Source: a bacterium UBP16_UBA6123
Lineage (GTDB): Bacteria; Muiribacteriota; UBA9980
Direction of reading: 5' to 3'
NCBI GenBank assembly: GCA_002423385.1
Contig: DIVV01000044.1
Coordinates: forward strand, 1-46,275
Length of the DNA: 46,275 bases
The notes beneath the pieces were generated by a model. That model had not been told where the DNA came from. It made no database searches and worked only from the letters and a program-made list of their open reading frames with translations. The position numbers were made by a program, and so were the translations under genes. Of the stretch, positions 10,057 through 17,272 are shown piece after piece (position 1 is the first letter of the stretch; each line of letters begins with the position of its first letter).

Positions 10057-10725
10057 ATGAATTCCAGTAAAAAAAAGAGATTAATTTTACTCGATATCGA
10101 CGATACTTTATTTCGCTGCGACACTTTCGTGGCTCTTATAAAGCATTATCTGTCGGATAATTTCTTTAAGTTGATTTTTCTGCCGCGTCTGATATTTCTA
10201 GCCGCGCTTTTTAAACTCGGAGCGGTTACGAACGTAACTCTTAAAAAAAGCGCGCTGATGATACTTTCCGGCGAAAAGCGCGCGGCTTTAGTTAAACGCG
10301 CAAACCGGCTCATCGATAAACTCTTTTCTAAAAAACTCAACCGCGCGGTATCGGAAGCCGTCAGAAAAATGGCCGCGAGCGGGCTTTACGATATCATAGT
10401 AATATCAGCGTCACCGGCTTTTTACATCGATTTGATAGGGCGGCGGATCAACGCGGCCCATACGATCGCCACGCATATTAAATTCGACGAAAACGATGCC
10501 CTTCAGGCCGAGTTGATCGGTGAAAACTGCAAACACGAAGAAAAAATAACCAGGCTTAAACAAGTAATAAACTTAAACGATTACGACCTGCATAATTCAT
10601 ACGCTTTTTCAGACAGCATCACCGACCTGCCGATGTTCGAGCTCGTCGGCCGGCCCGTAGCCGTCACGCCCGATTTCAGGCTGCATTCACATGCCGTTCA
10701 GAACGGCTATCTTATAATCAATTAA
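10057..10725 (+). CDS. HAD-IB family hydrolase (phosphoserine-phosphatase-like)
   Basis: HAD motif I LLDIDDTLF is present, together with the C-terminal motif AFSDSITDLPMFELVGRPVAV that is typical of the HAD-IB subfamily. Confidence 0.7.
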   Translation: MNSSKKKRLILLDIDDTLFRCDTFVALIKHYLSDNFFKLIFLPRLIFLAALFKLGAVTNVTLKKSALMILSGEKRAALVKRANRLIDKLFSKKLNRAVSEAVRKMAASGLYDIIVISASPAFYIDLIGRRINAAHTIATHIKFDENDALQAELIGENCKHEEKITRLKQVINLNDYDLHNSYAFSDSITDLPMFELVGRPVAVTPDFRLHSHAVQNGYLIIN

Positions 10726-10729
10726 TAAT

Positions 10730-10785
10730 TTATCGACTTATCGACTTATCGACTTATCGACTTATTCACTTATTCGCTTATTCAC
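10730..10785. repeat. Tandem 8-bp repeat (TTATCGAC x4, then TTATTCAC/TTATTCGC/TTATTCAC)
   Basis: The repeat was read directly from the convergent intergenic region between the HAD gene (+) and the ankyrin gene (-). Confidence 0.85.
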
Positions 10786-10844
10786 TTTGTTATTTATCAT
10801 TTTTTCATTTAAATCGATAAAACCCGGCCGCGTCCTTTTTCGGC

Positions 10845-12071
10845 CTATTTGCTTTTTTCGATAAGTAAAGCGGTAATGCGCGAATGTCCCTCCCGCCGGG
10901 AAAGCGATAAAGGCGTATTGCCGTGAAGCGTTACAACGTTAATATCGGCGCCGGAATCTATTAAAAGTTTAGCCGAATCATAACTGCCGATGTAAGCGGC
11001 CCAGGTCAGCGCGGTGTCGCCGTAGCAATCTTTAGCGTTAATATCGACGCCTTTTTCGATTAATAATTTTAATATATCGACGCTTCCGTGTTTTACGGCA
11101 AACGTCGCCGGCTTCATTTTTTCGTTATTCTCGTGCCTGTAATTAGCGCCATTTTCAAGCAGCAGCCTGACGATTCCGGTGAAACGGCTTTCTATGGCAT
11201 AAAATAGAGCGGTATTTCCGGCCTGATCGATTATTTCCATATCGGCGCCTTTTTCCAATAAAAGTTTTACCAGATCGGCATAGCCGCTTTTAGCCGAAAG
11301 CATAAGAGCCGTTTTCGAAGATGAATCGATGGAATTAAGTTTGAACCGGCCGCTATTTATCGAATCTATGGCGCTTTTCGGGTCGCCGGCTTTAATAAGC
11401 TGAAAAATATAATCGCCGGAAACCGTTCCGACTTTTTTAACTTTTTTAACTCCTTTGCCATCCGTATAAGAAGACTCTGAAGTTTCTTCGTTTTTCGATA
11501 TATAAATGCCTATGGCTATCAAAAACAGCATCATGACAAAACCGTATTTTATTATGGTCATAATCAGCGAAAATAAAGCGCCCAATAAATTTTTATTCTG
11601 ACGCTCCGGCGAAGTATAAATGTAGTTATCATTATCCGGCTTCAACTTTTTATTTTTTCTCACGGTTACCACGCCGCCGCGGCCGGCGGAAAGCAGCGCC
11701 GATATTTTTTTTTGAGAATATAACTCGGCGAGTTCGGCGGCGGCAAGCCCGGCGTTATCTTTTAAATGAACATTTGCGCCATTTTTTATAAGCGCCGAAG
11801 CGCTATCCGCGTTGGCGTAAGAAATGGCGTAGATAAGCGCGCTGTTTTTATTTTCATCGACTTTATCTATCGCGGCGTTTTCATTGATAAGAAATTCGAC
11901 GGTTTCGTAAGTTCCCGCCATAGCGGCTATCATTAAAATGGTAATGCCGCTTTTATCAGACCAGTTAACTAAAGACGGATCGGAGGATATGATTTTTTCA
12001 ACTCCACCTTTATCGCCGGATATCGCCGCCGCGATAAGCCTGTCATGTATAAAATTTTTATTGTTGCTCAT
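10845..12071 (-). CDS. Ankyrin-repeat protein with a central transmembrane helix
   Basis: Ankyrin repeats occur both N-terminal (DKSGITILMIAAMAGTYETVEFLINENAAID) and C-terminal (KTALMLSAKSGYADLVKLLLEKGADMEIIDQAGNTALFYAI, GDTALTWAAYIGSYDSAKLLIDSGADIN) to a hydrophobic segment (LLGALFSLIMTIIKYGFVMMLFLIAIGIYI). There is no N-terminal signal peptide. Confidence 0.8.
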   Translation of the reverse strand: MSNNKNFIHDRLIAAAISGDKGGVEKIISSDPSLVNWSDKSGITILMIAAMAGTYETVEFLINENAAIDKVDENKNSALIYAISYANADSASALIKNGANVHLKDNAGLAAAELAELYSQKKISALLSAGRGGVVTVRKNKKLKPDNDNYIYTSPERQNKNLLGALFSLIMTIIKYGFVMMLFLIAIGIYISKNEETSESSYTDGKGVKKVKKVGTVSGDYIFQLIKAGDPKSAIDSINSGRFKLNSIDSSSKTALMLSAKSGYADLVKLLLEKGADMEIIDQAGNTALFYAIESRFTGIVRLLLENGANYRHENNEKMKPATFAVKHGSVDILKLLIEKGVDINAKDCYGDTALTWAAYIGSYDSAKLLIDSGADINVVTLHGNTPLSLSRREGHSRITALLIEKSK

Positions 12072-12183
12072 AAATCACCTTTAATGAATTTATTACGCTG
12101 CTAAATTTTTTTTACAATCATTAATACCGAGCATTATTTTCGCGCATTATTTTCACGCGCTCAAATTTTTACCGCCGGATATA

Positions 12184-13200
12184 TCATGATAAAGCCGAAA
12201 GAAGCTCATCGACGACCCAGCCGTTATCCACGCAAACAAAACTCCACACTTCAGCGTATTCAACCGGCACGTATTCATCGCCTTTAACGACAGAACCGCC
12301 GGATTCGTTTACAGTATAGTCTATCATCGAAAATTTAATAAGCGCTTTCATATACCCGGCACCTGAAACGTCGTCGTTTTTAATCTCTATTATTTTAACG
12401 TCGATAATTTCAACATTCGCAATTATATTGCGCTCGCCCTTTGCCGTTATATCTTCTATGCGGCGCTGCTGCCTGTAGAAAAATCGACGGCTCATATATT
12501 TTTCGGCGCTCGATAATTCCCTTTCGCTCCATGAGCGCTGCACACACTTAAAAACTTCTTTAACGCGCTCGTATAACCGATATAAATCCTGCGTGCCGAT
12601 TTCAGACTGTTTCGCGCCGCTCGTAAGCCCGCTCGCGCCCGCCGGCGAAGATAAAGCGGAAACTGAGGAAAACGAAGCATCCGGGACTAATAAAGAAGAG
12701 GTAACTGAAATTGGAGATAAATTAAAAGAAGATGCCGAAACCGTAGTTAAAGAAGAATTGAGTCTATTTTTAGTTGATAATTTAATATTTAAATAGTGAA
12801 CAATGCCCATGATTGAAATAATTACAAAGGTGCAGAATAAAATTATTGCCGAAGCCAGATGAGCGTGCAGCGAATTGTTACCGCTTGCATACGAAGATTT
12901 ATATCTGGCGGCGCCCGATTTAGCGAACGGCCGCTTTCTGGCCTCCGTCTTATCTTTATAACCATAGCCGAAATCAAGCCCGCCGCCGTAATCAGAAACC
13001 GAATGAACGGCCTGCGATGAGGAACTGACGCTTTTAGCCTGACGCGCATAGGCGCTTTGCGTAAAATAAATAAATAAAACGGCAAAGATAAATGCCGCGG
13101 CCAAAAATGAAAAAAAGGTAGTTTTAAAGCCTTTTTTTAATTTATTTATTACGCAATTAAAGTGATTTATATCTTCGATCTTAACCGTATGAGTCGACAT
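12184..13200 (-). CDS. Membrane protein with a C-terminal Tim44-like domain
   Basis: Two TM helices, Ser-rich low-complexity linkers and a C-terminal region of about 140 aa (LYRLYERVKEVFK...RRFFYRQQRRIEDITAKGERNIIANVEII...EVWSFVCVDNGWVVDEL) resemble Tim44-like domain proteins. The call rests on motif recognition only. Confidence 0.5.
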   Translation of the reverse strand: MSTHTVKIEDINHFNCVINKLKKGFKTTFFSFLAAAFIFAVLFIYFTQSAYARQAKSVSSSSQAVHSVSDYGGGLDFGYGYKDKTEARKRPFAKSGAARYKSSYASGNNSLHAHLASAIILFCTFVIISIMGIVHYLNIKLSTKNRLNSSLTTVSASSFNLSPISVTSSLLVPDASFSSVSALSSPAGASGLTSGAKQSEIGTQDLYRLYERVKEVFKCVQRSWSERELSSAEKYMSRRFFYRQQRRIEDITAKGERNIIANVEIIDVKIIEIKNDDVSGAGYMKALIKFSMIDYTVNESGGSVVKGDEYVPVEYAEVWSFVCVDNGWVVDELLSALS

Positions 13201-13464
13201 GTTTTTTATTATAACAGATTAGAAACAAAAATACAATTCAAAATTAAAGGCTTATAATAGCTCAATAATAGTGTTTTTTACTCGGAAGCGTTCGTTGAAA
13301 AATAAAATAACGGCATCGATAGCTTTAATAATCACAACAACAAATCCAGATAATTAAATTAAACGATAAGATAAAATAAAATGGAAATCCATATATATTA
13401 TTTTTATTTTTAGCCGATATGAAACGTAGTTTGTAAATATTTCGTTAAGACGCGGAGGTATATT

Positions 13465-14874
13465 TTGAGAAGAGTAGCTAAAAGTATTGCAACGGTTGTT
13501 ATTAGCGCATCATTAATGTTTAACGGCGGCGGAATTCATGCGGAAGAAATAAAAAACGAACGCATGAATAAAATAGATGTTCAAAAAACCCTCGATGAAA
13601 TCAGGGCTAAAGTAAATAAAAAAAGCGCTGAAATCAATATAAGCGCGTGCGCTGCCGATCAGCCATGCTCCGTTGAAAAAACTCAACAAACCGTAAAACC
13701 TATTAAAAAAGTAAAAGATTCACAAGATTCAGAATTTAAAAGCGAAGAATGCCTTCAGGCCGTTAAAGAAAAATCTTCGACCACGGCTAAAACTATAGCA
13801 AGTCATGAAGAAAAAATCCAGTTGGCCCAGGCCGCTCCCTTAGAAGTAAAAAAAATGGAAACAGCTCCCGCGCCTCCAACAGCGCCGGCGCCTGCTGCTG
13901 CACCGTCGCCCGTAGTTATTTCCGGCTACACACAGTTGTCGCACACGGTCAGCGACGTGCCGGCGGACAGCCACAGCTTTAACGTGGCAAGGACCAGATT
14001 CGTTTTCAAAAGAAAATTAGACGAAGACCTCAGCTTTTTTTCGCAGTTCAATATTACCGGCAATAACGCCGACTCTTCTCAAATGACGCTTACCGATTTA
14101 TTCGTGCAATATAACCTGGATAAATCACAAAATTTAATGCTCGGACAGTTCGTTGTTCCGGGTAACTATGAAGCCACAATTTCTCCGCGTGATTTGTATA
14201 TGATAAATTACGGACAACACATAATAAACACCGAACACGAAAATAGAGGCAACGACCTGCGCGACGTAGGTATAACCTACAATTACCGCAAGCCTGGCGA
14301 CAACTGGGGATTATCCATAGCGGCAGTTAACGGCGAAGGCATAAATACCCGCAACGATTCAACCGATTCAAAAACCATAATGGCGCGCCTGGACCTTGAA
14401 GCCGACAAGGCCCTCAAATTAGGCCTTTACGCCTCCGACGGCAAGCGCTTTAAAGCCGCATCCACGGCCGCTCAGGTAGCTTTTTACGGCGCAGACGGAG
14501 CCGCTACTACCGCAAAATCATTCGATAGAAAACGCGCCGGTTTTGACGCGCGCTATAAAAAAGATAAATTGACGCTTCAGGGCGTTTATGAAATTTTGGA
14601 AACCGGCCTCGCAGGCCGCGCCGGAAATCTCAAAGGTAAAGGTATGTTCGTTCAGGCCGGATATTTCGTTATGCCTAAACTTGAATTAACCTATAAACAC
14701 GACGCATTTACCCCTAATAAAGACAATACCGTTACCAAACGCACCATCAACGCCGCCGGTTTTAACTGGTTCATTAAAAAAGGCGCGAAATTACAGATGG
14801 TTTACCAGAAACAAAAAGAAACACCCGAAGTTAAAAACGACCGCCTGGATACGCTCGTTACAGTGGAATTCTAA
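13465..14874 (+). CDS. Outer-membrane beta-barrel protein, porin-like (possibly phosphate-selective porin O/P family)
   Basis: A TTG start with the strong RBS GGAGG is followed by a signal peptide (MRRVAKSIATVVISASLMFNGGGIHA). The product has a Pro/Ala-rich linker, alternating amphipathic strands and a C-terminal ...VTVEF ending in Phe. Confidence 0.6.
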   Translation: MRRVAKSIATVVISASLMFNGGGIHAEEIKNERMNKIDVQKTLDEIRAKVNKKSAEINISACAADQPCSVEKTQQTVKPIKKVKDSQDSEFKSEECLQAVKEKSSTTAKTIASHEEKIQLAQAAPLEVKKMETAPAPPTAPAPAAAPSPVVISGYTQLSHTVSDVPADSHSFNVARTRFVFKRKLDEDLSFFSQFNITGNNADSSQMTLTDLFVQYNLDKSQNLMLGQFVVPGNYEATISPRDLYMINYGQHIINTEHENRGNDLRDVGITYNYRKPGDNWGLSIAAVNGEGINTRNDSTDSKTIMARLDLEADKALKLGLYASDGKRFKAASTAAQVAFYGADGAATTAKSFDRKRAGFDARYKKDKLTLQGVYEILETGLAGRAGNLKGKGMFVQAGYFVMPKLELTYKHDAFTPNKDNTVTKRTINAAGFNWFIKKGAKLQMVYQKQKETPEVKNDRLDTLVTVEF

Positions 14875-14976
14875 TATGATAATAATCCGGTTAATTTGAT
14901 TTATTTTGATTTAACTTGATTTAATTTAATCGAGCTGACTTGAGCCAATTAAATTTAACTTAATATTTAATTTTTG

Positions 14977-15019
14977 AAGGGGAGGGAGAAAGGGTTAGCA
15001 ACCCTTTCTCCCTCCCCTT
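14977..15019. repeat. Perfect hairpin with 20-bp arms and a 3-nt loop (AAGGGGAGGGAGAAAGGGTT-agc-AACCCTTTCTCCCTCCCCTT)
   Basis: The hairpin was read directly; its purine arm and pyrimidine arm are exactly complementary. No T-tract follows, so it is not a classic terminator. Confidence 0.85.
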
Positions 15020-15090
15020 TACCCCTCCCTCTTTCGGCAAATTACCTGACGCTTTATCGCTGGTTTGTCGATAGCTTTTTCTGTCGTGGC

Positions 15091-15190
15091 TTTAATTTCT
15101 TTTTCTTTCTCTTTTTTACTTTTACTCTTTCTTTTTTGTTTCTTTATTGCTTTCTTGCCTTTTACTCATTTTTCTGCCAGCTTGCTTGTT
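15091..15190 (+). repeat. Polypyrimidine (about 85% C/T) tract on the + strand
   Basis: tttaatttctttttctttctcttttttacttttactctttcttttttgtttctttattgctttcttgccttttactcatttttctgcc was read directly from the sequence. Confidence 0.8.
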
Positions 15191-15191
15191 T

Positions 15192-15218
15192 GCATTTGCG
15201 TGCGGCGCACGCAAATGC
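15192..15218. repeat. Perfect 27-nt palindrome (13-bp arms, 1-nt centre): gcatttgcgtgcg-g-cgcacgcaaatgc
   Basis: Read directly; the motif is GC-rich within AT-rich surrounding DNA. Confidence 0.8.
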
Positions 15219-15493
15219 GCAGCGATAATGGCACTACCGTAACTATGCCTTGCGGCTCGCGGGAAAAACTAATGTAAATCGGTTTTGATAATTGCACCGT
15301 TAAAAATTATCGCAAAAATATTTAATATCGTAAAAGATAAAATTAAGTTTTGTCGAGGGCTTTTAAAATGGCGACTAATTAATTTTGTTTATCATTAACA
15401 AGGTTTATAATGCTTTTGTATAATAAAAGTTGTTATTTTTTAATGCCTTATCGTGAGCATCAATATTAAGTTCCGGCAGTGCGTAAATAGAAC

Positions 15494-15520
15494 GCCTTCG
15501 CGCGCGCCGCGCGCGAAGGC
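15494..15520. repeat. Perfect 27-nt palindrome (13-bp arms, 1-nt centre) with an alternating CG core: gccttcgcgcgcg-c-cgcgcgcgaaggc
   Basis: Read directly; its architecture matches the palindrome at 15192-15218. Confidence 0.8.
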
Positions 15521-15559
15521 AAAACTAACAAAAGACGTGAAAAAGGTTTATGGCATGAC

Positions 15560-15590
15560 AGAAAGAGAAGAAAGAGAAGAAAGAGAAAAG
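15560..15590 (+). repeat. Pure-purine run containing three tandem copies of GAAAGAGAA
   Basis: The sequence is a-gaaagagaa-gaaagagaa-gaaagagaa-aag, read directly. Confidence 0.8.
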
Positions 15591-15695
15591 CAAGGACTTT
15601 GTTTATGAGCTATTAAAAAACTTCGAAGCCGGCAGGAAATGCCGCTTGAAATAAAAAGGCTATGATAATAGACTTTTTATATTCCGGGAGAGATT

Positions 15696-15757
15696 GGGGG
15701 GCTATGGGGGGCAAGAGAGGGTCTTCGACCCTTTCTTCCCCCCCGTCCCGTTCCCGC
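15696..15757. repeat. Imperfect G/A-rich hairpin related to the one at 14977-15019 (GGGGGG..GGGGGGCAAGAGAGGGTC-ttc-GACCCTTTCTTCCCCCCC...)
   Basis: The core stem gagagggtc/gaccctttc has one G-T wobble and is extended by a G6/C7 pairing with a bulge. It shares the core agggtY...RaccctttcYYccc with hairpin A. Confidence 0.7.
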
Positions 15758-15789
15758 GTTGAAAGTATGGTTACAAATATAAGTTTTTC

Positions 15790-15818
15790 TTGACTTATTA
15801 TATATATTTTTATATACT
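15790..15818 (+). promoter_or_regulatory. Putative sigma70 promoter for the aminotransferase gene (TTGACT -17- TATACT)
   Basis: The sequence is cTTGACTtattatatatatttttaTATACTtaag, which would give a 5' UTR of about 80 nt. Confidence 0.4.
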
Positions 15819-15906
15819 TAAGACAAAAAAATAAAATAGTAATTTTGTATTCAAGTATTTAAATTTTATTTATAATGCTTACATAGAGCAATTAGGGGTG
15901 TCAAAG

Positions 15907-17253
15907 ATGAAATATGAAAAAATTGTTGTAAAAACCGAACTTCCGGGTCCGATTTCAAAGAAGATAATCGGCATCGATGAAAAGTTCGTTTCGCACTCGT
16001 ATACCAGAGATTACGGCATGGTAGCCAAACGCGGTGAAGGCGCATTTGTCGAAGATCCCGACGGTAACGTATTTCTCGATTTTTCAGCCGGAATAGCCGT
16101 TTGCTCGACCGGCCATTGCCACCCCGAAATTGTCGAGGTTATTCGCAAACAGTCTCAAGAATTAATACACATGTCCGGCACCGATTTTTACTATGAAACT
16201 CAAGTCATGCTGGCTGAAAAAATCTCGAAAATAGTGCCTATAGAAAATTCCAGCAGCGATAATCCCGTAATGTCGTTTTTCGGCAATTCCGGCGCGGAAG
16301 CCATCGAAGCTGTCATTAAAATCGCTCGCAGCCACACGCACCGTTCCCGCATGCTCGCCTTTATAGGCGCATTTCATGGCCGTACGATGGGCGCGCTTTC
16401 ACTTAACGGCTCTAAAATACGCCATCACGAACATTTTCACCCGCTAGTTCCCGGCGTCGTTCATGCGCCTTACGCTTATTGCAAACGCTGCCCTTATGGC
16501 GCGCATTATCCCGGTTGCAAGCTCGAATGTTTTGATTTTATTAAAAAAACGCTTATGACAAAGATAATATCGCCTGAAGATATATCCTGCGTTATAATGG
16601 AAGCCGTTCAGGGCGAAGGCGGATACGTAGTTCCGCCGGTTGAATTCGTAAAGGCGATGCGCGATCTGACTCGCGAACACGGAATATTGCTCGCTATCGA
16701 TGAAGTGCAGTCCGGCATGGGCCGCACCGGAAAAATGTTCGCCATCGAGCATTTCGGCGTTAAACCCGATATAATGGCCATAGCAAAGGGTATCGCCTCC
16801 GGCCTTCCGCTGTCGATAACCTGCGCCAGCCGCGAAGTAATGAACTGGAAACCTGGCGCTCACGCCTCCACTTTCGGCGGCAATCCAGTCGCCTGCGCCG
16901 CCGCTAATAAAACCATCGAGCTTCTCGAAAACGGTATTCTCGAAAATGTAAATGCTACCGGCGCATATTTAAAATCGAAACTCGAGGCCATGCAGAATAA
17001 ATATGAATTTATAGGCGACGTCCGCGGCCTCGGTCTCATGCTGGCCATCGAAATCGTCGATAACAAAAAAGATTTTAATCCCGACGCGGAGCTTCGCGAC
17101 AGAATACTTCACGCGGCTTTCGCTAAAGGCCTTATAATTTTAGGCTGCGGCCCTAACAGCGTCAGATTCGCGCCGCCGCTTATAGTTACTAAAGTCCACA
17201 TCGATATGGTGTGCGAAGTTTTAGAAAGCGTTTTCGAAGGCCTGAAAAAATAA
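15907..17253 (+). CDS. Class III PLP-dependent aminotransferase (GabT/ArgD/ornithine aminotransferase family)
   Basis: The product has a GNSGAEAIEAVIKIAR motif, the DEVQSGMGRTGKMFA PLP-lysine region and a TFGGNPVACAAA motif. The ATG at 15907 follows the RBS GGGGTG. The ORF-track GTG at 15898 overlaps that RBS. Confidence 0.9.
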   Translation: MKYEKIVVKTELPGPISKKIIGIDEKFVSHSYTRDYGMVAKRGEGAFVEDPDGNVFLDFSAGIAVCSTGHCHPEIVEVIRKQSQELIHMSGTDFYYETQVMLAEKISKIVPIENSSSDNPVMSFFGNSGAEAIEAVIKIARSHTHRSRMLAFIGAFHGRTMGALSLNGSKIRHHEHFHPLVPGVVHAPYAYCKRCPYGAHYPGCKLECFDFIKKTLMTKIISPEDISCVIMEAVQGEGGYVVPPVEFVKAMRDLTREHGILLAIDEVQSGMGRTGKMFAIEHFGVKPDIMAIAKGIASGLPLSITCASREVMNWKPGAHASTFGGNPVACAAANKTIELLENGILENVNATGAYLKSKLEAMQNKYEFIGDVRGLGLMLAIEIVDNKKDFNPDAELRDRILHAAFAKGLIILGCGPNSVRFAPPLIVTKVHIDMVCEVLESVFEGLKK

Positions 17254-17272
17254 ATCAATCAGGAGGCGACTT

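Noticed and set aside
12215-12235. DnaA-box-like sequence ttatccacg
   Set aside because: It is a single near-match inside a coding region, with no cluster of boxes and no adjacent AT-rich DUE, so it is not an origin.
14974-15277. Two overlapping Phe/Leu-rich ORFs (84 and 70 aa) in the non-coding island
   Set aside because: Their composition is dictated by the polypyrimidine tract (TTT/CTT/TTC codons). One starts inside the perfect hairpin and neither has an RBS. They are treated as translation artefacts of a low-complexity tract.
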